From Octopus sinensis (Eukaryota), in contig NC_043002.1 of the NCBI RefSeq assembly GCF_006345805.1, forward strand, positions 30,194,001-30,258,000: DNA of 64,000 bases, read 5' to 3'. The translations under genes and the position numbers were made by a program. The notes under the pieces are model-generated. The model ran no database searches. It worked only from the letters and a program-made list of their open reading frames with translations, and was not told the DNA's origin. How positions within the stretch are numbered: position 1 is the first letter of the stretch; the number at the start of each line of letters is the position of its first letter. Of this stretch, positions 27,686 through 41,879 are shown piece after piece.

Positions 27686-27900
27686 TGGTGCGAGCTGGCA
27701 GAATTGTTAGCACGCCGGGAAAACTGCTTAACACTATTTCGTTCCTCTTCATGTTACGAGTTCAAATTCTGCTGAGGTCGACTTTGCATTTTATCCTTTC
27801 GAGGTCGATAAATTATGTACCAAATAAACACTGGGGTCGATGTTATCGACTAGTTCCCTTCCCATAAATTTCATGCCTTGTGCCTATAGTAGAAAGGATT
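27686..27900 (+). mobile_element. SINE family A, full length (tail type 2)
   Basis: gcgagctggcagaattgttagcacgccggg...gagttcaaattc...gaggtcgactttgc...ctggggtcgat...ccttgtgcctatagtagaaaggatt. Confidence 0.9.
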
Positions 27901-27940
27901 ATTAAAATGATGGTGGTGAGGGTACGTAGTGGTGGTGATA

Positions 27941-28105
27941 GAGGCGAGCTGGCAAAATCATTTAGAACATCGAAATAAATGTGTGGTGGTATTTCTTTCA
28001 GCTGCTTATGTTCTGAGTTCAAACCCCACGGAGGTGAACTTTCCATCCCAACGGCGTCGATAAGATAAAATAAATGTTAGCTTTGTACCATTACTAGAAA
28101 CCATT
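27941..28105 (+). mobile_element. SINE family A, degenerate and internally deleted (tail type 3-like), with (ATT)n tail
   Basis: ggcgagctggcaaaatc...ttctgagttcaaacccc...gaaaccattgtt. Confidence 0.7.
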
Positions 28106-28115
28106 GTTGTTGCTA

Positions 28116-28167
<52 letters not shown>

Positions 28168-28174
28168 TGCTACT

Positions 28175-28734
28175 AGTGAGTGCGAGAGCAGTACATTCCT
28201 TAAAGTGATACTAGGGCAAAATACACGAAGCCTTGTATACCCATCTTGACTACCCATCTGATAAGGGTACACCTGACACATGCATCATAAACACATGTGC
28301 GCGACATGGTGATCTCATATATCAAGAGAAACAGCGCATGACCTTGCAGGTGGGGCTCAGTTAAAATTTTCTTCAGGTCGGGTAGCCCACCCCACTCAAA
28401 AGCTTCTTGAAATTAAGGTTGTTTCAGGATGTTGAAGGAAACACTCATGTTTCCAAAGGTGAATTATCCAAAACGCAAACAATTCCTTTCAACACAAGGC
28501 GCTGATGCTCCCCCACTACTTCTGCACGTGATCAAAGATGCACCTATCTTTAGCCGCTAAGGGACATGCGCAACTGGTTAAGGTCAAACAACTGACATGC
28601 AAATCTGTGGTATTGAGCAGAATATTTGGTGTGGCCCATCTTTTGTGCCAAGACAAAACAATGTACATGATAACACTTCCAATCAGTTAATATCAGAACC
28701 CATGAGAGCCACTGCGTGGTATTGCGCCAGGGCA
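28175..28734 (-). mobile_element. ~560 bp interspersed retroposon-like repeat ending in a (TAA)n tail
   Basis: Complex, GC-richer block that terminates on the minus strand in the 28110-28170 trinucleotide tract. It resembles an abundant octopus repeat I recall; single copy here and family not assigned. Confidence 0.45.
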
Positions 28735-28979
28735 TATAATATTAGTAGTATTACTAGCAGCAGCAGTAGTAATAGTAATGGTGGTGGTGGTGGTGGTGCT
28801 GCTGCTGCTGCTGGTGTGGATATTAAGAAATAGAAGAAAAGACAGAAATGAGGACCGTTTCAATTGGCTCAAAGTCTTTGATGTCGAACAAAGAAAAAGA
28901 GAAGTCATCACAACGGCGACACAGCTAACGATTAACAGCGACGGCGACAACTACGATGGCGGCAATAATGAAGATGATT

Positions 28980-28984
28980 ACAGC

Positions 28985-29016
<32 letters not shown>

Positions 29017-29028
29017 CGATGACGATGC

Positions 29029-29080
<52 letters not shown>

Positions 29081-29171
29081 GCATTGAAAATAGAAATTAT
29101 GAGCTGCTGCTACTACTACTACTACTATCCTCACCACCCCACCGTTAACAATAATGTCAGTAACAATGATG

Positions 29172-29219
<48 letters not shown>

Positions 29220-29220
29220 T
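28980..29220. repeat. Compound (GAT)n/(TAC)n/(AAT)n trinucleotide array
   Basis: Directly visible; source of the poly-D, poly-N and poly-I pseudo-ORFs. Confidence 0.85.
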
Positions 29221-29877
29221 GACGACAACGATGATAAATGATGAGGGGCTGTTGGTTTTGAGCAATTAATAAAAGGACAGTGGTAATTAACAAAGATTAT
29301 TATAATTACAACTGACGACTAATGGTTTTAATTGTCATTTATTGTTATAATTATCATCAACTACGGCATTATCATTTTTATTGTATTATCCGCAATAATA
29401 ATTATAGTCACAATAGTAATTATAATCATAATATTGATGATGACAGCTATGACGATGATGATGATGATGATGATGATGAGGATTGTGTTTGTTGGTTGTT
29501 GTTTAGCCGCCGGACGTTCCTGCTCGAGCAAACCTATGATCATAGTTATTCCAGCAAGGGCATTATTAATGTAAAGAGTATTGTGTCCAGTGCAAAAGTT
29601 CGTATGATATGAGGGGAGATTTTGCTGATGTTTTTAGCTTGGCGAGCGACCATGAGTAGGTACAACTGCAGGCTAGATTATGTGAATGTTGTTGATAAAG
29701 AGAGCTATGGTCAATGTAAGAAGATTGAAGATGGTGGATGATAAGGTCAATGTTGGGGTCATTAGCGTTTCGAGCATAAGCGGATAAAAAAGATAACTTA
29801 TTAAAACATTAAATACAAACATATTTGTGTCTTCAATGTAACATGACATTCAAAGAATTTATGTCCCTTCCCCATTC

Positions 29878-29908
<31 letters not shown>

Positions 29909-30592
29909 GTCCGGTATTGTCCTTGTCAGCTTACAGTTCGTCTGCATTCCACCTGCCTGATGTACTCCATGAACCTTTCGTTATCTCGGGCTATTTGTAT
30001 GTGTATGTGTGTATGTGTTTATTCACACTCATTTTCTTCTCCACACTCTTCCTTTCTCCCCTTTCTGACAAAGAGCAATGCTCGAAACGTAACAGAATCC
30101 GTTTTTCTCCTTTTTTACTGAGCGTCAGGCTAATGCATTCCATATTTACATCCTTTAGCTGCTTTGTTACTTGTAATCTTAAAGTTCGATTTTCCATGTC
30201 CAGTTAATAATGTTCGATTTGACTCTGTGTGTTTGTGTGGGTGTGTGTGGTTATAGGCAAAGCTCAAAAGAAAAAACGTACTCCATCCAATGAGAGATAA
30301 ATGTTGTTTAATAAAATTTTCTTTGCTTTCTTCTCGTTCCACTTTTTGAATCAACCTTCATTGCATTTTTCTCATTTTATTTTTTCCTTATGCTTTCTCC
30401 ATAGGCTAGCGCTCTGGTTTTTATATACAACTAACGATGTTCACTGAAGCTGAGAGATTGCATGTTATATAAGTCTACCAAATTATTGTATCTCTCCAGC
30501 ATGAAACTATATGTAAATCTTTTAGACCTTGCGTATATTAAATGATATGGATATATATATACATAAATATTTGTATGTATATATATTTGTAC

Positions 30593-30628
<36 letters not shown>

Positions 30629-30855
30629 AAGTGTATATATTATATATATATATATATATGTGTGTGTGTGGTGTATGTGAGTATATATACACACATAAAT
30701 AGTTGTCTATATATATTTGTACATAAATAGGTGTATATATATACATACATACATATATACACGTGTGTTTCTGTGTGTCAATATGTGCTTAGGCGTATTT
30801 ATGTTAGTGTTTCTGCTTACACACACAAGCATACATACGTACATATATACATACA

Positions 30856-30888
<33 letters not shown>

Positions 30889-30939
30889 GTAGCTGTGTGC
30901 GTGCAAGAGGGTAGAACTACTACTACTACTACTACTACT

Positions 30940-30983
<44 letters not shown>

Positions 30984-31399
30984 AGTCTATATTGCTAGAC
31001 TAGCAATGGCAGTAAATGTATATAGGCTACTTACGTTACTCTACATTAGGTCTACTGGAAGCAGTCATCGATTGTTCCAGAAATAAACTATAAATACAAA
31101 ACCAAACCAAAACAAAACAAAAAAAAAAGAAAAGAAAACATCACACTTAGCGTAATTGTTAACGAACACAATAAGTCGACGGAATTGATATGAGATGTCG
31201 TAAATAAATTGGTCAATGGAATCTTTGTTGTGAGGTGGCAGATGTAGTGGTGTTTTGTGGTTGTGCTGGTGGTTGTGGTTGTTGCTTTGTATTAATGGTC
31301 CTGTAAGCAGCTCATGCGGCCCCTCCTCCTCCCTCCTCCTCCTCCTCCTCCTACTACTACTACTACTACTAATAATAATAATAATAATAATAATAATCG

Positions 31400-31700
31400 T
31401 TACTTTATTGGCCACAAGGGCTGAACACTTAACAAAGAAGGACAGAGCTAAACAAAGGACGCGCGGGGTTTAGCACAAAAACCGAACGACACAAGGCCTT
31501 CAATTCCGGGTGGAGGGTGGGGGGGTTGTCGATTGCATCGACCCCAGTAATCCACTGGTACTTAATTTATCGATCTCGAAAAGGATGAAAAGCAAAGTTC
31601 GACCTTCACAGAATTTTAAACTCACAACGTAAAGACGAACGAAATGCCGCTAAACTTGTTGGTGGCTGGCATGCTAACGATTCTGCCGGCTCGCCGCCGC
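31400..31700 (-). mobile_element. SINE family A, full length with a composite tail
   Basis: Reverse complement reads ggcggcgagccggcagaatcgttagc...ggggtcgatgcaatcgac...ggccttgtgt...cccttgtggccaataaagtaacgattattatt. Confidence 0.85.
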
Positions 31701-32286
31701 CTATTGGTACTACTACTACAACTACAACTACTACTACTATTGACGATATTGGTTTTTAACTACAATATAGGGCCCGGTGTTTTAACGGAAAGGTTTAGTC
31801 TAGTGATAGCGAACCTGTGATACGGTTACCAACAGTGACACTCTTCGGGCATTTAAGTGACAAAAGACTTGCTTTAAAAACGCGATCTCCCATCTGTATC
31901 ATGTGATAATATTTTATAAACAATTACGAAATCCTAAAGTACATGTACACATCTGACAGTCCGTATGTAATAACAAAATTACATACGAAATCAAAGATTT
32001 GTCACGCCGAGATAAACGTATTCCTCATTACTAACATTGTTGCTTGCCTTGACCTCATTACCAAACTAATACATTGTCTATTTCTTTTTTCCGATCTTGG
32101 AAGGATTGCAGGTAAATTAACCTAAGCAGTTTACTTTACCTTATATCTGAGTTTAAAGAGCATCGGTTAGATGAGACACTACTTAGCAAGTGTGGAAAAA
32201 GAACAGCCAGAAGGAGACTACCTTAACCCATTTTATGTAGAGCAGTGTTTTTCGACCTGTGTCATGGCAGTATTTTCATATGGCAT

Positions 32287-32482
32287 AGCGGCAAGCGGAC
32301 AGAATCATTAGCACGCCGGTAAAAATAATTAGCGGCATGTCGTCTGCTTTTGCATTCTGATCTCAAATGCCGCCGGGGTCCACTTTGCCCTTCATTCTTT
32401 CGGGTTCGATAAAATAATTACTAGTAATTGACTTAGCCTCTTCTCTGTAATTGCTCAACTAGTGCCAAAATTTGAAACCATT
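32287..32482 (+). mobile_element. SINE family A (tail type 3)
   Basis: gcggcaagcggacagaatcattagcacgccgg...cactttgcccttcattctttcgggttcgat...gtgccaaaatttgaaaccatt. Confidence 0.8.
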
Positions 32483-32790
32483 ATCTTGATATGGCGTCGA
32501 ATTCTTCAGATTTGGGTTTAAATAATTAATTAATAAGTGAATACAACTTGCAGTGAAGTTTCATTAACAATTGTTTCAATTATACGTATTCTATATACTT
32601 TGGCCGTGTGTGTAAGACTACAGGATACATTTTGTGTGTATGTGGAAGGAAATTGGAAATGGGCCATGATACAAAATGGTTCAGAAACATTATTGAAAAG
32701 GCGCGAAAGATCAAACGTATCTTTGATATGAAAGTAGTTGGAATGACAAACTTAGTGCCTTTTGTATTTCCAGGAGAGTATATATATATA

Positions 32791-32838
<48 letters not shown>

Positions 32839-32899
32839 CGTGCATGTGTGTATAGATTGGAGACAAATTGAGACACAGTATTTTGAGGTGTTCATTTCA

Positions 32900-33205
32900 T
32901 ATAAGACTGGTCCTTATTCCATCGTCTCTTTCGCCGAACCACTAATTACGGGGACATAAACAAACCACCAGTGTCTGTCAAGCAGTGCTGGAGGATAATC
33001 AAAAGCAAATACAGATTCATAGGTGCGTGTGTATATGTGTGTGTTTCTGTGTGTATAACGGGGTTCTTCAGTTTTCGCCAAACAAATCCACTCTCAAGGC
33101 TTTGGCCAGCCCGAGCTATGGTAAAAGGCAGTTGCCCAAGATGACCCCATTCAGTGGGACCGAACCCGGAACATTGTGGTTAGGAAGCAAACTTCTTACC
33201 ACGCA
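32900..33205 (-). mobile_element. SINE family B
   Basis: Reverse complement has ggtaagaagtttgcttcct...ccgggttcggtcccactg...cttgggcaac...ccaaagccttgagagtggatttg. Confidence 0.85.
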
Positions 33206-33475
33206 TCCCTTTCAAGATACAGTGAATTGTGGTTGGCTGAGAGCGGCAGCCAGATAATTACAAGGGAGATGGCGGTTCGGGCATAGACATGTTATTTTAA
33301 AATTTTGTTTTGTTCTTGTTAATTACTCTTGTAAACTATTGGACGGTAGAGAGGTTTACGTCTCAAACCGGAACTGCTGTTCTCGACGTATGAAGTGAGA
33401 GATCGCTTTTTTTTTTCTTGCTTTCTTTTGTATCTCCTTTCATTTTCTCATGTGTTTTGTTTCTTATCTGTCTGA

Positions 33476-33545
<70 letters not shown>

Positions 33546-34863
33546 GTTATCTGTCTGTCTGTCTTTCTCCTTCTCTGTCTTTCTGCCTTTTTCTCTGTCT
33601 TTCTGTCTACTTATATCTCTTTGTCTTCCAGATTAGTGTTTCTTTTTTATTTTTATTATATTTTTTCATTCTCAATCGATATACTTTTCTAGTCATTCTT
33701 CAATGCAAACACATTTATGCACACATGCACGCACACACATATACACAGACACACGCATACACGCACAAACATGTGTATATATACGCATACACACACAGAC
33801 ACACACATGGAATTGTATTATATGTATACACTGACAAATACAAAATGCAATTGTGCTACAGACAGTTTAAAGTTGTATGTCTAGCAGCCATGATATAGCG
33901 ATGATCGTCTTTAAATTCGCGTTGTCTTACAATCCTTTCTTTTTAACATTTCATGTGTCTTCTTGTTTTTTTATTAAACTTCACACCCCACCATTGCATA
34001 CACTGCTTATATAAAGGCGTCACAAAGAGCATATTGCATGCATAATAGCATGCGTGTAATACGTAACGCGTGCGTCTGCCTATGTCTTCACACATGTTTA
34101 AGTTTATTTATATATGCACTTTCAGGTATTAATATATACATATATACACACGCACGTGCGTGTGTGTATACATGCATGTATAACTGTGCATGTAAATATA
34201 AGCGTGTTTATACTCACACGCATACACAGCTGTGGCCATATTAAATTTGACATAGAGGCATATCTGCAAAAATACATGTTCACATATGTGCAGCAATAAC
34301 TTTAAGACATACATACTTCGGCCATCGAGTATACTAAGACACTCTGCACGCGTCTATACTGGTTTGGACACACCCTGATGTCCGACTGTATATTCTACTA
34401 TTTGTCTGCGGGTGTGTATGCACGGAGCGGGCGACAAATGTATTTACACCCGCCCTTATTCGATCCCATGTAAGCCGCAAAATTACTCACACGTATATCT
34501 ATATATCGACGGTAATTCAATTTGTCGTCCGTCTCAAATTTTCGCACAAAGAAAATACAGACGCTTGTGTTCTCAGAATACACACACGTGCATATATCTC
34601 TAAGCACGTACACATCTTCGCGTTTGTCTATATATCTAGATATGCATCTATATATGTGTATGCGCGCGTATACGTTTATGTATGTGCACACATGTAAGTA
34701 CATAGATAGATAAATATATATCTATCGATCTATCTATCTATCCATCCATCCGTATATCTCTCTATATGTGTGAATATATGCTCATATGTTTATATATTAT
34801 AATATATATTGTATATATACGTGTGTGTGTGCATATGTATCCTTACAATAAATATTAGTACAC

Positions 34864-34911
<48 letters not shown>

Positions 34912-35672
34912 ATATAGATATAAAAGCATATATGTACATATATATATCAATATATAGATGATATATATGAATATATCAACACACGCAGACATATATATTT
35001 GCGTGTGCGTATGTAATATATGCAGTTATATAATACGCTGTGTGTTTGAGGATTTGTGTATCCACTCGTACATACATCGAAAATCAAACTGAAGAACAAA
35101 ATTGCACACATATATACATTGGAAATACGTATTAATTGGACAACTACTGTTCCGTGTATAAAGTAAGGATAAAAAGAGGAAGAAAAAAATACGATTCATA
35201 TAAATATGAAAAAATAACAATGAAAATAACAGACAAAAAGATGGGTTTTTAGCCCCGCTTAAGTCCCCCTAACACGCACCCTTAATCTGTTAGAATAAAC
35301 ATTTAATAAAAGAACAGGACAGCCGAGCAACCATTAAACAAAAGCAAAACGTGTCGTTTGGGCAAAAACGAGAAATTACGTCGCCATTTTTTATTCTTGT
35401 TGACTGCTGCTTATTATTCCCCCTTTTTTTTTTACGTTTTTAAGATGGCGTATTTCTCCGTTGCAATCTGTTTCACGACAGTCATATGCCATCTGACGCT
35501 GTGTTTTGTCATCAAACTCGACGATCGACTCCCACCTCTCACCGTCACACTTATCTCTCTCTCTATCCACGTTTTTCCCCTCATTTACACATTCGCTCTC
35601 TCTCTCTCTCTCAACCTTCCTACCTTACTCTCCTATCATTACTGCTCTCCCTATTATATATATATATAATAT

Positions 35673-35720
<48 letters not shown>

Positions 35721-36359
35721 ATGTGTGTGTATATATATTATCTATATAGTGTGTGTATGTATATATACATGTATACACACATATATATATACATATATAT
35801 ATATAAAGATACACACATACATATATAAATACATATATATACTTATTTATATATATATATATATATACATACATGTATATATAATACATATGAACATAAA
35901 CATACACATGTATATACATACATGCATACATATCTATATCTATACACATACACACACACACGCATATATTTCTGTTGCTCTTTTCCCTGTCTTTCTTATT
36001 CCTGTTTTATATCAATATTCCTTCGCCATTCATATTCATTCATTTCCTCCTCTTACCTCTTCTCTTCTATCTTCCTTCCTTCCATCAATCCATCCATCGT
36101 GTCTTCTTTGTCCTTTTATATCTCCTTCATTTTATTCGTTATTCTTCCTTTGAGGGTGGTCCCTTATTACTCCTTCTTTTCATATCCTTCTCACTCCCCC
36201 TCCCATCTCTTTTCACCTCCTGCTCGATCTCAACCTTCTTTTTCGTCTTAACCTCGTTCTTTTTTCGTCCCCCAATTTAAATCTAGTATCCTTCCGGGAC
36301 CCAATAAAATAAAATAACAATCAAGTACTGGCGTTCATTTAAACGACTAACTCAATAAG

Positions 36360-36470
36360 CTTGCAGTTGCCGACCTTGTGCGTCGGTCAAAATGTTAAGT
36401 GCCATTTCTTCTAGCCCTTTACATTCTGAGTTCAAATCTCACCGAGGTCAACTTTGCTTTCACTTTTTGG
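36360..36470 (+). mobile_element. SINE family A, degenerate 5' part
   Basis: ttctgagttcaaatctcaccgaggtcaactttgctttcac, followed by a (CTT)n array. Confidence 0.65.
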
Positions 36471-36645
36471 GAACAGTATTGCTGTTGCTGTTCTTCTTCT
36501 TCTTCTTCTTCTTCTTCTTCTTCTTCTTCTTCTCTTCTTCTTCTTCTTCTTCTTCTTCTTCTTCTTCTTCTTCTTCTTCTTCTTTTTCTTCTTCTTCTTC
36601 CATTATTATTATTGGAAATGTGACCTTGTGCCAATTTCAAGCCAT

Positions 36646-36684
<39 letters not shown>

Positions 36685-37282
36685 CACTACTACTACTACT
36701 ACTACTACTGCTACTTTTGCGCCCAGATAAATTCCGAAATCGTGAAATTTATCTGGCTGTGAAAATTATGAAACCCGAAGATGTAACTTCATTTAAGAAA
36801 TAAATATATACATCATTTCTAGAAAGGAGAACATGTGTTGTTCCAGAAACTCAATCTGTGTATTCTGGTGAGAATATTTTTTAACGTTCTGAAAAAGATA
36901 TTACTCTCATACTGGAGACAGAATCTACCTGACACAGAGTTATTAATGAGATCAGTGCATTTCTACAAATGTATTACCGTTTCGTTCATTGGAGCTCATC
37001 AGAGCTTATATACTTATACCCAAAGTTTATCACCTTTTCTCTTACGTCTTGTTGGAATTGCTGTCACAGGTATATGACGCTAACCAACACACAGACATAC
37101 ATTTCTGTGTGTGTGTTTATACACACATATACTTACGCTCCTGACTGTATGTGTGTATATATATTATATATTATATATATAATATATATACATATAAATG
37201 TATGTATGTAGGCATGTTTGCATGGTTGTCTGTGAGTTCACCAGCTACAGTATATATTTATATATATATTATATATATATAT

Positions 37283-37333
<51 letters not shown>

Positions 37334-37364
37334 CATATGTATGTGTGTATGTATTAGTCTCTCC

Positions 37365-37545
37365 AATATCGCTTTGACAACCGATGCTGGTGCGTTTACG
37401 TCCCCGTAACTTAAGCGGTTCGGCTAAATAGAACAATAGAATAAGTACAAGGCTTACAAAGAATAAGTCCTGGGGTCGATTTGCTCGACTAAGTGGGGTG
37501 CTCTAGCATGGCCGCAATTAAATGCCTGAAACAAGTAGAAGAATA
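37365..37545 (+). mobile_element. SINE family B, 3' half
   Basis: gacaaccgatgctggtg...gaataagtcctggggtcgatttgctcgact...gcatggccgc...gaaacaagtagaag. Confidence 0.85.
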
Positions 37546-38089
37546 TATACGTCACAGAGATTGTTGGTTATGCACGTGGAGGCAAGAAATGAAATATATT
37601 GATATGGTAACAATGAAATTTAGTAATCTCCAACTTGGAAAGGAAGTGTTTGTCAACAAGGAAACACAATGATATAGAATTCAAAACAATACGTAATAAT
37701 ATCGAAGTTGTGTATCTCTGATAGTATTAACTTACAAAGCATAATCAAAAAAACTATTCTATAAATATGGAGGATATATAGCTTAAACTGGTACGGACCA
37801 TATAACCACCGGTCCTTTGAGGGAGTCTTTCTTGTCTTGTTACTGTGTGTGGTCTCATTGCTCACATCACTATCGTTTGTTTTCTTCTAAAAATTTCGGT
37901 TGATTTTGTTGGTGGTGGTGGTTGTGGTGATTATTCATATACTTTGTTGTTGTTGTGGTTATTTTGGTTCCCTCTTGTTTTCAAACAATTCCTCCGCAAC
38001 AATACCTTTATTCTTTTACTCACTCTTCGTTTCCACGCGCAAATTTATGCATACAGATACATGTACACACACACACATCTATATATAGT

Positions 38090-38290
38090 CTCAAATGTTG
38101 GCAGGAGGCCAACAATTTGGGATGGGTGGGAGTGGTAAATCGATCACTTCGACCCTAGTACCCTACAGGTATTTATTTTATCGACCCTGTAAGGAAGAAT
38201 GATACGGTCGTTCTCGGAAGAATTTGATCTCAGAACGTAAAGTGGGACGAACTGCCGCTAAACATTTTGCCTATAGTGCAAACGATTTTG
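38090..38290 (-). mobile_element. SINE family A, degenerate (tail type 3-like)
   Basis: Reverse complement matches the head, B-box (ttctgagatcaaattc), the ggtcgat repeats and the aacatttga tail. Confidence 0.75.
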
Positions 38291-38294
38291 ATAG

Positions 38295-38327
<33 letters not shown>

Positions 38328-38376
38328 CATATTCATACATACATACATAAAAACACGCACACACACCACAAATATA

Positions 38377-38428
<52 letters not shown>

Positions 38429-38789
38429 CACAAACACACGCACGTAAATACGCACATATATATATATATACTGGGATTTCTAATTTTACAATTGTTTTTG
38501 TTTTTCTTTATTCCACTACTTTACTTCTCTTTTATTCTTACTGTAAAAATTGCCCGCATCTGGAATTTCAGAAAGAAATATCCCAGAATTACACCCCCTC
38601 CTCGCGTAACTGTTGGTTTCTTTCTCCGCCAGAGCCCTAAACATATTGCAACAGCTGTGTGTCTTCATCTCAAGAAACACCAATACAAACGAATTCCATA
38701 TGGAAGCTGGCTAACCTATAGCGACACCATTATTTTCCTTTTTGGCTTACTGTCTTCTTTTCTTTTTAATCAGGCTATTGTTATTGGAA

Positions 38790-38827
<38 letters not shown>

Positions 38828-38866
38828 GTTATCTCCCTCTCTCTCTCTCTCTTCTCTCTCTCTCCC

Positions 38867-38973
<107 letters not shown>

Positions 38974-39019
38974 CATCGTTTAACGTCCGCATCAAAAGCG
39001 GACGTCAACGATGATGATG

Positions 39020-39195
39020 ATGAGCGGGATTGGTAGAGGGATGGTTAAAATGACTTGCGGTATTTAGTTTCGTTGCTTTCACGTTTCTGACTTTGGAAAC
39101 GTTGCGGGTTCAACTTTGCCTTTCCTTCCTTCCTTCCTTCCTCCTTCCTTCCTTCCTTCCTTCCTTCCTTCCTAGTTCGATAAACTAAATATCGC
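39020..39195 (+). mobile_element. Highly degenerate SINE family A split by a (TTCC)n expansion
   Basis: ttgcggtattt...caactttgcctttc(cttc)n...ttcgataaa; the core cctttc seeded the microsatellite. Confidence 0.55.
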
Positions 39196-40186
39196 TCAAA
39201 TACCGAGGACCATTAAATGATTCGGGTGCTTCTGCTTAAAATACTTGGCTGTCGTGTCTGGGTTTGTAAAGAAGCTTATATACACGCTTTCGTATATAAA
39301 TGCCAAGCAGTTACTTGTGGTGATCCTCTCTCACCTATCTATAAGTATTTAAGATATATGAAAACATCTTTTACATTTAAGTACAACTAAATATATTAAA
39401 CTGCGCAACTGAACCGCTACCCTCAAAATTCCTGGTCTTGTGCCTGAATCACAATACCTTCCAATTTTTCTTTTAGTTATTTTCATCCTAGGTTCAGTCC
39501 TCGCCAAGTTCAGCTACGCCTTTCATCTCTCCGAGGTCGATGAAATAAAATAATTGTTAACCGAAGCTGATGGTATTCGACTACTCATCTGCTCCATAAA
39601 ATACATGGTCTAGCGTTTAACCCAGAAATCATCGCCGTATTTGTTTCTCTTATTACCATTATTTTTCGGACGGTGGTGTGGTAGAATCGTAGGAGCAACG
39701 AAAAATGATACCGTGCAGTATTCATCTAGTCTTTATGTTCTGAATTCAACTTCATCTCTCATATCATTGGGGTCGATATGATAAATGTTTCTATCTATCT
39801 ATCTGTCTGTATGTGTGTGTTTGCTTTTCTGTATGCTTGTTTGTCGATCTATATACGTATGTAGATATACATACATGATGTTTGTGTGTGTTTGTGCGTA
39901 CCACCTTTTCTGCTCGTACATAGATACATACACGTGTAGATTACAAATTGCTTCCATATTTTATGGATTGTGTATAGATGTGGTGAAGCAGCAGAGTTAA
40001 AGAGATATTTACCAATATTATTTACGCCCCTCAACGAAAGTCTTTCAAAGTTTTGCCTGTGAAGAATTTAACCATTTTTACAATCTCAGTGAAATCGATA
40101 AAATCAATAGCAATAATATGTTAAAACAAACTTAGTCGAATACACAGTTAAATTCATATATTTTAGCTGATGTCAGTGAAGTATTT

Positions 40187-40217
<31 letters not shown>

Positions 40218-40489
40218 ATATATATGTTCCATTTCGTTCATTAATCTATTTACAGATTTGTTTAAATATTTATGATTTTACGTTCGACTGAGAAACTGGA
40301 CACAGCACACATAAATCCACTGCTCTCTAAATCTTTATAAATTCTTAGCTGTTCCAAAATTTTATTCTATTTCCTTACAAAGGAAAGAATAGTCGAAGCA
40401 TCCACTCCAAATTTTTATCGACTCCTCTCCCTCTCTCTGTCTGTGCCTCTTTCTCAATCACTCTTACACACACACACACATACAAATAT

Positions 40490-40865
40490 TCTTCTATTTG
40501 TTTCAGTCGTTAGACTGCGGCCATGACGGGGGCACTGCTTTAGGTTGGAGAAATCGACCCCAGCACTTATTCTTTGTAAACCTAGTACATAGTCTATTCG
40601 TTTCTTTTGCTGATCCGCTAAGTTACGTGGATGTTAACACACCAACATCGGTTGTGAAGCGATAGTGGGGCCAAACACAGACACAAACATACTTTACGCA
40701 CATAGATACTTTCGTATGTAAGTATCTATGTGTGTAGTGTGTATTTGTGTCAATCAAGTCCACTCACAATGCTTCGGTTTGTGGTGGGGCTGTAGTGGAA
40801 GGTATTTTTGCCGGCCCCACCGTGGCATTAAACCTAAGATCACTTGGGAAGCAAGCTTTTTACCT
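40490..40865 (-). mobile_element. SINE family B, degenerate full length
   Basis: gtttcagtc...ctgcggccatg...aaatcgaccccagcacttattctttgtaa...gttgtgaagcgat...ccactcacaa...gggaagcaagcttttacc, all reverse complements of family B segments. Confidence 0.8.
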
Positions 40866-41329
40866 CAGAGATACGCCTGTGTCAAAAACTGTATGTGTTC
40901 GTGTGTCTGTGTGTATTCACTCAGAAACAGGCATAAGTGTGTGTGCGCGTGTATGTCCATGTAAGTAAATATATATATATGCGAGAAATATTAATGTAGA
41001 CATCTGAAGAAGTTTTACAGAAGCAGAAGAAAAAAATAAGAGAGGTAGAGAGGTATTTGAAGGGTTAAAGTTAATGGGAAAAATAAATGAAATATATATA
41101 TAAAAAGGTAGGGGTGAGGGAGTGTAGTTCCTGATGGACAGATGTGTTTTGAGGCTTGTAAGCCCTGGTTTAAGTAAACAAAACTAAAACATACATACTC
41201 TAGGCTTGGGCGTCATCTCAGAAATTAAACATATTTGCAGACCAACGTATAGTGTATGTTTATATACATAATATATATTCATGCATATATATGTATATCT
41301 GTGTGTGTATATGAATATATATATATATA

Positions 41330-41367
<38 letters not shown>

Positions 41368-41527
41368 TTATTGTGATGTATATATATATATGTATGTATG
41401 TTATATATATATGTATGTATGTATGTAGGTATTTATGTATGTGTGGTAATATATGTGTGTTTGAGGAGAGAGAGAATAGTCTATATATATTTTTGTGTAT
41501 ATTTGTGTGTAACGCGCTCACACGCAT

Positions 41528-41720
41528 ATGTGACCGCGTGTGTACCGTTGGCGATTTTTTTTCCTCCGTCTTCCCTTCTTTGATCTTTCCTTTTCCTATG
41601 TTTCCGACGAAGAGCTCCGCTGGAAACATTAAACCCCCTTCTTTCATGAAGCGTCCAATAATACTATACTTGTCCCGCGTTGTTGTGTTTTCCTTGTGTT
41701 TTTCACTTTGGATTAACTAT
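41528..41720 (+). mobile_element. Interspersed ~200 bp repeat (copy 2) with a decayed hammerhead-like motif
   Basis: Homologous to 2037-2240 and also abuts a long (TA)n/(GA)n tract. Confidence 0.65.
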
Positions 41721-41778
41721 ATATATATATATAATATATATAATTATATATATATACATATATATATATATTATATAG

Positions 41779-41879
<101 letters not shown>

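Noticed and set aside
31508-31525. G-quadruplex-compatible run GGGTGGAGGGTGGGGGGG
   Set aside because: It lies in a variable C/G-rich SINE linker, with no sign of independent function.
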